Below are positions 24,752 to 32,000 of a DNA stretch of 32,000 bases, in pieces. Source of the stretch: Streptococcus phage vB_SbS-pSY22. Positions within the stretch are counted from its first letter, which is position 1. Each line of letters begins with the position of its first letter. The notes beneath the pieces were generated by a model, which was given only the letters and a program-made list of their open reading frames with translations, was not told the DNA's origin and did not search any database. Made by a program: the position numbers and the translations under genes. Location: sequence record PQ673863.1. One strand, 5' to 3'.

Positions 24752-24754
24752 ATT

Positions 24755-24775
24755 GCACCGCAAGGTGCTTTTTTT
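24755..24775 (+). terminator. Terminator after terL
   Basis: GCACC GCAA GGTGC TTTTTTT. Confidence 0.7.
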
Positions 24776-24826
24776 GTGCTCAAAATTACCGAACGCACGG
24801 GAAATGCGGAGAAAGGAGACATTGAT

Positions 24827-25282
24827 ATGTCTGAATTTAAACCAATTGAAACACAAGAAGAACTTGATCGTATCGTAAAAGAACGTTTGGCGCGCCAGAA
24901 AGAGAAATATTCTGATTACGGCGAGTTAAAAGAACGTGTTCAAAAATTGGAGAAAGAAAACGTTGATTTACAAGCGACTATTGAAGAATCTGGTCAAAGC
25001 AAAACAGAGCAGGAACAACATATTGCAGAGCTCGAGGCGAAAATTTCTGGTTATGAGACAGAAAAAATGCGAACTCGAGTAGCTCTTGAGTATGGCTTGC
25101 CAATTGATATGGCTGGACGTCTTCAAGGTGATGATGAGAATGCTTTGAAAGCTGATGCTGAACTTTTAGCAGGTTTTATGAAGGCAAAAGAGCCAAAATC
25201 GCCGCTTAAATCAACAGAACCACCTATCGACAACAAAAACGGTTGGGCTGAATTAGCTCAGAGTCTAACAGAAGGAGAATAA
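24827..25282 (+). CDS. Phage scaffolding protein (DUF4355-like)
   Basis: Coiled-coil acidic protein (EELDRIVKERLARQKEKYSDYGELKERVQKLEKEN) immediately upstream of major capsid; start ATG 24827 after AAAGGAGA. Confidence 0.85.
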   Translation: MSEFKPIETQEELDRIVKERLARQKEKYSDYGELKERVQKLEKENVDLQATIEESGQSKTEQEQHIAELEAKISGYETEKMRTRVALEYGLPIDMAGRLQGDDENALKADAELLAGFMKAKEPKSPLKSTEPPIDNKNGWAELAQSLTEGE

Positions 25283-25286
25283 AATC

Positions 25287-26207
25287 ATGGCAGATAATTC
25301 ATTAAAAACTAACTCACAATTCAATCCTGAACTTGTAACAGAACTTATGTCAAAAGTTCAAGGTTATTCAGTCTTAGCTAAACTTGCTTCGCAAACACCA
25401 ATTCCATTTAATGGGTCAGAACAATTTATTTTTAACCTTGAAGGAAATGCTCAGATTGTTGGTGAAGGCGAACAAAAATCAGCTGGAAAAGCCACTCTTA
25501 CATCTAAAATTATTCGTCCACTTAAATTTGTTTATCAAGCACGCATTACGGACGAATTTAAATATGCAACTGAAGAAAAACGAATCAATTATCTTAAAGC
25601 ATTTTCAGACGGCTTTGCTAAGAAAATCGCAGTTGCATTTGACTTGGCAGCAATCCATGGTTTAGAACCTAAATCATTGACAGATGCGTCGTTCCGTGAC
25701 ACAAACTCATTTGATGGTTTGATTACAGACAACGTGGTTACTTTCGATGCGTCTACAATCGACGATAACATTGATGCAGCGGTTCAAACCGTGGTAGCAA
25801 ATAACTACGATGTTACTGGTCTTGCACTGTCACCTCTCGCAGGTCAATCACTTGCTAAAATCAAAGTAAACGGTGTAGTTCAATACCCAGAATTCCGCTT
25901 TGGTCAAAATCCAGATTCATTCTACGGTATGGCTTCAGATGTTAACAAGAACTTGGTCGCAACTGGTGGAACAGCTGAAAAAGACCACGTTATCGCTGGT
26001 GATTTCCAAAACATGTTTAAATGGGGTTATGCCGAAAACATTCCTTTGGAAGTTATCGAATATGGTGATCCAGATGGAGCAGGCCGCGACCTTAAAGCGC
26101 ACAATGAAATCTTGCTTCGTGCTGAAGCATTTATCGGCTGGGGTATTCTTGACGCAGACGCATTCGCTCGCGTTGTTCCAGCTGCCGCAGGAGGAGCAGG
26201 TGCATAA
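25287..26207 (+). CDS. Major capsid protein (HK97 fold)
   Basis: Position after scaffold; ANSQFNPELVTELMSKVQGYSVLAKL-type N terminus, PLKFVYQARITDEF, conserved central/C-terminal region. Confidence 0.9.
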   Translation: MADNSLKTNSQFNPELVTELMSKVQGYSVLAKLASQTPIPFNGSEQFIFNLEGNAQIVGEGEQKSAGKATLTSKIIRPLKFVYQARITDEFKYATEEKRINYLKAFSDGFAKKIAVAFDLAAIHGLEPKSLTDASFRDTNSFDGLITDNVVTFDASTIDDNIDAAVQTVVANNYDVTGLALSPLAGQSLAKIKVNGVVQYPEFRFGQNPDSFYGMASDVNKNLVATGGTAEKDHVIAGDFQNMFKWGYAENIPLEVIEYGDPDGAGRDLKAHNEILLRAEAFIGWGILDADAFARVVPAAAGGAGA

Positions 26208-26329
26208 TGGCAGAATACGTGCATTCAAGAACTGGTGTAGCAATTGCAACAGACAGTGTCCTATCTGGCGCTTGGGAACCAGTCAAGAAAACTAGAAAAA
26301 CAAAAAAAGAAGAAAAAGAAGCTAAATAG
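26207..26329 (+). CDS. Small phage head-region protein (40 aa)
   Basis: MAEYVHSRTGVAIATDSVLSGAWEPVKKTRKTKKEEKEAK; overlaps MCP stop (TAATG). Confidence 0.6.
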   Translation: MAEYVHSRTGVAIATDSVLSGAWEPVKKTRKTKKEEKEAK

Positions 26330-26350
26330 GCGCTTCTTAGGAGGTTGCTT

Positions 26351-26740
26351 ATGAGTAATTTTGCGTCTACTACCGACCTAGAAAGGTTGTGGCGCGGTTT
26401 GAAACCTGCAGAAGTAGAGAGAGCAGAAGCACTGTTAGAAATTGTTTCTGATTCTCTTCGCTTTGAGGGTGAGAAAGTTGGCAAAGATTTAGATCAGCAA
26501 GCAGCGGACAGTGTTGCTTTTGCTAATGTACTAAAATCTGTAACTGTCGACGTAGTAGCACGAACTTTGATGACATCTACCGACCAAGAACCAATGACGC
26601 AGATGACAGAAAGCGCCCTAGGATATTCCTACAGTGGCTCTTTTTTAGTTCCTGGCGGTGGCCTGTTTATCAAAGAAAGTGAATTGAAACGTTTAGGTCT
26701 TAAACGTCAACGTTATGGGGTGATTGACTTTTATGAGTAG
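26351..26740 (+). CDS. Head-tail connector protein
   Basis: Position and size; RBS GGAGGTTGCTT; MSNFASTTDLERLWRGLKPAEVERAEALLEIVSDSLR. Confidence 0.75.
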   Translation: MSNFASTTDLERLWRGLKPAEVERAEALLEIVSDSLRFEGEKVGKDLDQQAADSVAFANVLKSVTVDVVARTLMTSTDQEPMTQMTESALGYSYSGSFLVPGGGLFIKESELKRLGLKRQRYGVIDFYE

Positions 26741-27071
26741 ATTAAAAGGTATTACAATCACACTTGTTGGTGAAACAGTCACAAGAAAAGACCCGTTTGG
26801 AAAAGAGATAGTTGTGGAAAGTGAGATTGATGTTGAAAATGTGCTAGTAGCGCCAGCTTCAACAGATGATGTTACTAACCAGCTTAATCTTGACGGTAAG
26901 AAGATTGAATATACTCTTGCAATTCCAAAAGATGATACAAATGACTGGATTGATAAGAAAGTTAGATTTTTTGGCCAAACTTGGCACACTGTTGGTATTC
27001 CGTTAGAAGGAATTCCTGATTTAATTCCACTTGACTGGAATAGAAAGGTAAGGGTTGAACGATATGAGTAA
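26733..27071 (+). CDS. Head closure / head-tail joining protein
   Basis: Position; MSRLKGITITLVGETVTRKDPFGKEIVVE..., beta-rich. Confidence 0.7.
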   Translation: MSRLKGITITLVGETVTRKDPFGKEIVVESEIDVENVLVAPASTDDVTNQLNLDGKKIEYTLAIPKDDTNDWIDKKVRFFGQTWHTVGIPLEGIPDLIPLDWNRKVRVERYE

Positions 27072-27303
27072 AATTAAATTTGAGCTTAATCGAGCAGGCG
27101 TTGCCGAATTAATGAAGTCAAGTGCTATGCAAGGAATTTTAACAGAAGAAGCTGGTCGCATACGTAATAAATGCGGTGACGGTTACGAACAAGATGTTTA
27201 TGTCGGGCGAAATCGTGCAAATGCAATGATAACAGCCAGCAGTTTTAAAGCTAAAAGAGATAACTTGAAAAATAATACTCTTTTGAAGGCGGTGAGCAAG
27301 TGA
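27064..27303 (+). CDS. Short HK97 gp10-like / tail completion protein
   Basis: Position in connector cluster; 79 aa, RNRANAMITASSFKAK. Confidence 0.6.
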   Translation: MSKIKFELNRAGVAELMKSSAMQGILTEEAGRIRNKCGDGYEQDVYVGRNRANAMITASSFKAKRDNLKNNTLLKAVSK

Positions 27304-27635
27304 TTGAATTGATTTTAAAACAATTTTTGGACAGTCGTCTTGAAGTACCTGTTTTGCTAGAGAAAGAACGAAAACTAACAGGTAAATTCGTTATTTTTGA
27401 AAAAACGGGTGGCAGTAGTTTGAATCAATTAAAAAGAGCTACGATTGCTGTCCAAAGCTATGCTGATTCGTTGTACGAAGCTGCACTGCTTAATGAAGAG
27501 GTTAAAACGGTAATGAGTAATCTTGTTGAGGTCACTAACGTTTCTGGCGTTACCCTCAACAGTGATTACAATTTTACTGATGCAGAAACTAAACAATATC
27601 GCTATCAAGCGGTGTTTGATATTAATTATTGTTAA
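27300..27635 (+). CDS. Tail terminator-like protein
   Basis: Position immediately before major tail protein; 111 aa. Confidence 0.65.
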   Translation: MIELILKQFLDSRLEVPVLLEKERKLTGKFVIFEKTGGSSLNQLKRATIAVQSYADSLYEAALLNEEVKTVMSNLVEVTNVSGVTLNSDYNFTDAETKQYRYQAVFDINYC

Positions 27636-27646
27636 AGGAGAAAATA

Positions 27647-28225
27647 ATGGGGACAAATAATGCAAGTAACGTAACTTCCGCAAAACCTAAAGTCGGCGGT
27701 GGTATTTTTAGTGCACCTTTGGGAACTGCGTTGCCAACTGATGCAACGACTGCTCTAAATGCAGCATTTAAGAACCTTGGCTTTGTTTCAGATGATGGTG
27801 TAACCAATTCTGATGAACGTTCAAGTGACGACATTCAAGCTTGGGGCGGAAGTGTCGTTAATTCTGTTCAAAAAGAAAAGAAAGACACTTTCAAATATAC
27901 GCTTATCGAAGCTTTGAACGTTGATGTTCTCAAAGAAGTTTACGGCGGAGACAATGTAACAGGAACTCTTGAAACAGGTATCACTATCAAATCAAACGCA
28001 AATGAGTTAGAACCTCATTCGATTGTTATTGACACAGTTCTTAAGGGTAACGCATTAAAACGTATTGTCTTGCCAAATGCGAAAGTTACTGAAGTTGGCG
28101 AAATTAAGTATGGGCATGCGGACAATGTCGGCTACGAAACAACAGTAGCATGTTATCCAGACGAAAATGGCAACACGCACTACGAATATATTATTCGTCA
28201 AGCTGCAGCAGGAGGAGAAGGGTAA
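27647..28225 (+). CDS. Major tail protein
   Basis: Position; ATG after TAAAGGAGA; KPKVGGGIFSAPLGTALPTDATTALNAAFKNLGFVSDDG motif typical of phage major tail proteins. Confidence 0.88.
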   Translation: MGTNNASNVTSAKPKVGGGIFSAPLGTALPTDATTALNAAFKNLGFVSDDGVTNSDERSSDDIQAWGGSVVNSVQKEKKDTFKYTLIEALNVDVLKEVYGGDNVTGTLETGITIKSNANELEPHSIVIDTVLKGNALKRIVLPNAKVTEVGEIKYGHADNVGYETTVACYPDENGNTHYEYIIRQAAAGGEG

Positions 28226-28228
28226 TTT

Positions 28229-28483
28229 ATGATTAAAGGTACAACATCATCTGGTTTTAAATTTGAAATCGATGAAAAACAGTTAAAAAACTATGAATTT
28301 GTTGAATTAATTAGCGAAGTTGATGAAAATGAGCTATTAATGCCTAAAATTTTGAAAATGTTACTTGGAGACCAAGTAGAAGCTTTGAAAAACCATGTCC
28401 GTGACGAAGATGGAATTGTTCCAATCGAAAAAATGGTTCAAGAAATCAAAGATATTTTTGGAAACACCCAAGTAAAAAACTAG
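28229..28483 (+). CDS. Tail assembly chaperone, upstream (gpG-like) frame
   Basis: Position between major tail protein and tape measure; ends at in-phase slippery heptamer. Confidence 0.8.
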   Translation: MIKGTTSSGFKFEIDEKQLKNYEFVELISEVDENELLMPKILKMLLGDQVEALKNHVRDEDGIVPIEKMVQEIKDIFGNTQVKN

Positions 28484-28496
28484 CAATCCTCGCTAG
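28474..28496 (+). promoter_or_regulatory. -1 programmed ribosomal frameshift signal
   Basis: gtA AAA AAC tag with zero-frame phase X_XXY_YYZ (28474-28480), followed by CTAGC...GCTAG hairpin (28480-28484/28492-28496). Confidence 0.75.
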
Positions 28497-28497
28497 C

Positions 28498-28878
28498 ATG
28501 ATAAAAACAGATGAAGATGCTCTGATTTGTGATTTAGCAGAGACTTATCATATATACAATTACAGACAGCTACCAGCAGATTTGGTGGCTGTTTTTTCTG
28601 TAGGTTTACGTGATGATTCTCGAATCAAAATGAAGATGTCAGGTCAAAAAATCCCTTTAAAAACTTTATTGCTTGCAAGTATTGCTGATAGAGTTGGGGT
28701 TCTAGCTTGGCAAAACACAAAAGACGGCCACGAAGGGCGCAATGTTCCTAAGTCGTTAGTTGAAACTTTGACTAGCAGGCCAAAAGAGCGTGAAGAGGCT
28801 GTTTTTGCATCTGGCGAGGAATTTGAAAAAGCTAGAACACGAATTTTGAAAGATTTGGAGGTAAACAATGGCAACTGA
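28498..28878 (+). CDS. Tail assembly chaperone, downstream (Gp15/gpT-like) frame, probably expressed as a -1 frameshift fusion with 28229-28483
   Basis: In the -1 frame with no stop between the slip site and 28498; no Shine-Dalgarno upstream of ATG 28498. Confidence 0.75.
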   Translation: MIKTDEDALICDLAETYHIYNYRQLPADLVAVFSVGLRDDSRIKMKMSGQKIPLKTLLLASIADRVGVLAWQNTKDGHEGRNVPKSLVETLTSRPKEREEAVFASGEEFEKARTRILKDLEVNNGN

Positions 28879-31246
28879 ACTAGGTAAGGCTTATGTCCAA
28901 ATCATTCCATCTGCGAAAGGTATTAGCGGTTCGATTACTGGTGCTATTTCACCAGAAGCAACATCTGCGGGTAAAACTGCTGGATCTAACTTAAGTTCCA
29001 CTCTTATCAAGACTGCAACAAGCGCTATTGCTGCTGCAGGAATTGGTAAGGTGTTTGCTTCTTCAATCACTGAAGGTGGAGCGCTACAACAATCTATTGG
29101 TGGTATTCAAACACTTTTTAAAGATTCCGCGCAAACGGTTTTGAATTATGCTCAACAATCATATAAATCTGCTGGTATGTCAGCTAATGCCTACATGGAG
29201 AACGTCACATCGTTCTCTGCTAGTTTGATTAGTTCGCTTGGTGGTGATACTGCTAAAGCTGCAGAACTAGCCAACATGGCAATGACAGATATGAGCGACA
29301 ACGCGAACAAAATGGGTACAGATATGGACTCTATCACTCAAACATATCAATCACTTGCTCGCGGTAACTATGCTATGCTGGATAACCTTAAATTAGGTTA
29401 CGGTGGTACTAAATCAGAAATGCAGCGCTTGATGAAAGACGCTGAAAAACTGACTGGCGAACATTATACTGTCGGTGACTTTGCAGATACTGTTAAAGCT
29501 ATTCATGCAGTACAAGATAGTTTGGGCATTACTGGTACGACAGCTCGAGAAGCATCAACTACTCTTGAAGGTTCGTTTAATTCTATGAAAGCAGCTTGGC
29601 AAGACGTTATCGGTAATATAGCTGATGGCGAGCTTGATATTACACCTTCGCTTCAAGGACTTGCAGAAACAACTTCAACATTCTTGTTCAGTAATTTCAT
29701 ACCAATGGTAGGTCGAGTGTTCTCTGGTTTACCAAGCGCAATCGGGACTTTAATTTCAGCTGCAGCACCACAGATTCAGCAAGGCTTGCAGGGACTATTT
29801 TCAAATCTTGGAATCAAATTTGATTTTACGTCAGCGATAGATTTAGTAAGTATACAATCAAGTCTTACTGTATTTGTTAACAATTTAAAACCAGTATTTG
29901 ATAGCCTTCAAATAGCATTTGGACAATTACCATCTTTGTTTTCAAGTGTTGCAAATGCAGTAATTCCAATTGTTAGCACGATAACTACAGGTCTCTCCAA
30001 AATGGATTTTAGTGGTATTCAATCTTTGATTGAATCTATTATTCCAGCTCTACAAGCTGGGTTCGAACAATTTATGACAATTGCAGGGCCAGCTATCGAC
30101 CAAGTGGTTCAATCTTTTGTCGCATTGTGGAACGCAGCACAACCATTAATCAGTATCTTGGCTAGTGCTTTAACGCCAGCTTTTCAAGTTATTGGTTCAT
30201 ATCTTGGTGGTGTCTTTTCTGGTGTTTTGACAGGCATCAGTTTTGCATTTGATGCAATGAAGACAGTTATCGAATTCTTAACACCAATCATTCAAGCAAT
30301 CGTTAATGCATTCATATCATTATCACCTGCAATCAGTACTGTAGCTCAATGGGTTGGTACTGTTGTTGGTATGTTTGGTGGTCTAGGTGCTGTAGGCGAA
30401 GGTTTAAGCGGTATTTTGAAGTCAGCTTGGTCTAATATTCAAAATGCTGTTTCTTCAGCAGGGAATATTATCGGTAGTGTTATTGAGTTTATCAAATCAA
30501 TGTTTAGTAGTGCAGGAAGTGCAGCGGGAGTTGTAAGAAATGTAGTTTCTGCAGCATGGAATGCCTTGGGTAGTGTTATTCGAACAGTTGCATCAGCGAT
30601 TGGCGGTGCAATCAATACTGCTAAAGGGGTGTTCTCTTCATTTGGCAGTGGTGTCTCGGCTGTTTCTGGTTCGGTTAATGGTGTTATTAACGGTGTCAAA
30701 AACACCTTCAATAGTTTGGCACATATCAATCTTTCTGGTGCTGGTGCGGCAATCATGAATGGTTTCTTAGGCGGTTTAAAATCAGCTTGGGGAGCGGTTC
30801 AAAGTTTTGTTGGTGGTATTGCTGATTGGATTAAAAAACACAAAGGGCCTATCAGCTATGACCGAGTGCTTTTGAGACCTGCAGGCCAAGCAATCATGCA
30901 AGGTTTGAATCAAGGTTTAAAAGAACAATTTAAAACAGTTCAATCAACTGTTTCTGGTATGGCTGGAGCAATTGCAGAAGAGTTTGAAAGCAACGTCTTG
31001 ACAATTGATGTTGATGATAATCCGAAGTTTCCGCCAATGATGGCAGCAAGTCCATTTGCAGTGCAATCTGCAGGTAATTACGATGTTCAAGCGTTAGGAA
31101 CAATTGACAAACTTGCTAGTCGTCCAGTTGTAGTGCACGTTGAACTTGATAAGGAAACTATTGCGAAAATTTTGGCAAAACCAATCGCAGATGAACAAAG
31201 CGCCATGGATTCAATCTTAGATGCAGTTAATGGAAGGGGGTGGTAG
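28868..31246 (+). CDS. Tail tape measure protein
   Basis: 792 aa; MATELGKAYVQIIPSAKGISGSITGAISPEATSAGKTAGSNL; extended alpha-helical/hydrophobic Gly/Ala/Ser repeats; precedes Dit. Confidence 0.93.
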   Translation: MATELGKAYVQIIPSAKGISGSITGAISPEATSAGKTAGSNLSSTLIKTATSAIAAAGIGKVFASSITEGGALQQSIGGIQTLFKDSAQTVLNYAQQSYKSAGMSANAYMENVTSFSASLISSLGGDTAKAAELANMAMTDMSDNANKMGTDMDSITQTYQSLARGNYAMLDNLKLGYGGTKSEMQRLMKDAEKLTGEHYTVGDFADTVKAIHAVQDSLGITGTTAREASTTLEGSFNSMKAAWQDVIGNIADGELDITPSLQGLAETTSTFLFSNFIPMVGRVFSGLPSAIGTLISAAAPQIQQGLQGLFSNLGIKFDFTSAIDLVSIQSSLTVFVNNLKPVFDSLQIAFGQLPSLFSSVANAVIPIVSTITTGLSKMDFSGIQSLIESIIPALQAGFEQFMTIAGPAIDQVVQSFVALWNAAQPLISILASALTPAFQVIGSYLGGVFSGVLTGISFAFDAMKTVIEFLTPIIQAIVNAFISLSPAISTVAQWVGTVVGMFGGLGAVGEGLSGILKSAWSNIQNAVSSAGNIIGSVIEFIKSMFSSAGSAAGVVRNVVSAAWNALGSVIRTVASAIGGAINTAKGVFSSFGSGVSAVSGSVNGVINGVKNTFNSLAHINLSGAGAAIMNGFLGGLKSAWGAVQSFVGGIADWIKKHKGPISYDRVLLRPAGQAIMQGLNQGLKEQFKTVQSTVSGMAGAIAEEFESNVLTIDVDDNPKFPPMMAASPFAVQSAGNYDVQALGTIDKLASRPVVVHVELDKETIAKILAKPIADEQSAMDSILDAVNGRGW

Positions 31247-31249
31247 CCT

Positions 31250-32000
31250 TTGGTAAAAGTGACTTTTAACGGTGTAGAACTTACACAGTATATTACAGTT
31301 TTGGAAGGCTTCAGTTTATGGAAAGGCGCTGATTTTGACCCTCAAATTACGGAGAATACAATTTTAAGTGGTTCTGAATTCAATTACACTCGTAGAAAGC
31401 ATAAAACAATATCAATACCCTTTTATGTTGAATATGAAAGTAGTGAAGGCTATGATTTCCTTCAATCGGCGCTTAATGTGAAAGAGCCAAAAGAATTGAC
31501 ATTTGATATTTACCCTAATCGTGTATTCTATGCTATTCCAAGTGGTGATTTGAATTTTAGTGAATATAGGTTAAGCGGTAAAGGGACTATCAAATTTATC
31601 GTTCCAGATGGTCTTGCTCACGCTACTTATACAAGGACGTTTGAATTTGAGAAGAATGATTCAGGAATTTTTGAAGCAGAGATTATTAATGATGGCAGTG
31701 AAGAAGTCACTGTTGATTATAAAATAAAGCTTAAAAAAGAATCTGGTTTTATTGCAGTAACTAGTCCTTACGGTCTACTGCAGTATGGGAAATATGACGA
31801 AGAAGATGGTTATATTGACCGTAAAAACGTTACTTTGTTATCCAACCAAAAAGGCGACTTTGCCAATTGGAGCGACGGAACTACGTTCTACGAAAATCCA
31901 AACAAAATTGTAACCACTCAAATGGGATACGATAGCGAGCTCGGCGGGCGTTTGGGTACTATGCCAGCAAACTTCCCAACAAGCGGAACAGCGGGTGCGT
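31250..32000 (+). CDS. Distal tail protein (Dit), truncated by window end
   Basis: TTG start 31250 with AAGGGGG upstream; MVKVTFNGVELTQYITVLEGFSLWKGADFDPQ..., RRKHKTISIPFYVEY, open to the window end. Missing from ORF track because it has no stop in the window. Confidence 0.85.
   Translation, partial: MVKVTFNGVELTQYITVLEGFSLWKGADFDPQITENTILSGSEFNYTRRKHKTISIPFYVEYESSEGYDFLQSALNVKEPKELTFDIYPNRVFYAIPSGDLNFSEYRLSGKGTIKFIVPDGLAHATYTRTFEFEKNDSGIFEAEIINDGSEEVTVDYKIKLKKESGFIAVTSPYGLLQYGKYDEEDGYIDRKNVTLLSNQKGDFANWSDGTTFYENPNKIVTTQMGYDSELGGRLGTMPANFPTSGTAGA

Noticed and set aside
24513-26295. Out-of-frame plus-strand ORFs 24513-24878, 25384-25665, 25900-26295 and minus-strand ORFs 25935-26249, 26027-26224
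   Set aside because: Overlap terL and the major capsid gene in alternative frames, Lys/Gln/Arg-rich low-complexity products, no RBS.
28480-28496. Intrinsic terminator between tail assembly chaperone ORFs
   Set aside because: CTAGC/GCTAG stem has no T-tract; its placement immediately after an in-phase slippery heptamer fits a frameshift stimulator better, although the near-zero spacing is atypical.

Overview
The window is almost entirely a temperate siphophage genome from a low-GC Gram-positive host, most likely Lactobacillales (Streptococcus/Lactococcus-like by protein character). Left to right: end of the tail-fibre/receptor-binding module and lysis cassette (10-6949, + strand); a short att-like intergenic region (6950-7388); tyrosine integrase, DUF4177 protein, membrane-anchored Ser/Thr-rich protein, ImmA peptidase and CI-like repressor (- strand, 7389-10548); early/replication/recombination genes including a replisome organiser, Bet, DUF1351 and RusA proteins and two DUF1642 paralogues (+); a roughly 380 bp structured non-coding region (19056-19436); then late regulator, HNH, portal, MuF fused to a candidate toxin, CPCC-type candidate immunity protein, TerL, scaffold, capsid, tail genes, tape measure and the start of Dit (truncated by the window end). 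Because the lysis cassette lies directly next to the integrase, the molecule appears excised/circular (possibly permuted) or a tandem prophage junction, not a simple integrated prophage. Best observations: (1) a candidate MuF polymorphic toxin with an overlapping CPCC immunity gene, closed by its own terminator and placed between portal and TerL; (2) a 31-nt, wobble-compatible, roughly 150-nt-span structured RNA candidate in the early region whose loop carries an anti-Shine-Dalgarno sequence; (3) a tRNA minihelix-like element (acceptor plus T-arm only) at the start of the intergenic region before the late operon; (4) an in-phase A_AAA_AAC -1 frameshift site joining the tail assembly chaperone ORFs; (5) arm-type integrase site repeats and an operator set in the immunity region. 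No CRISPR array, IS element or complete tRNA was seen. All assignments are from reading the sequence; no database search was run.
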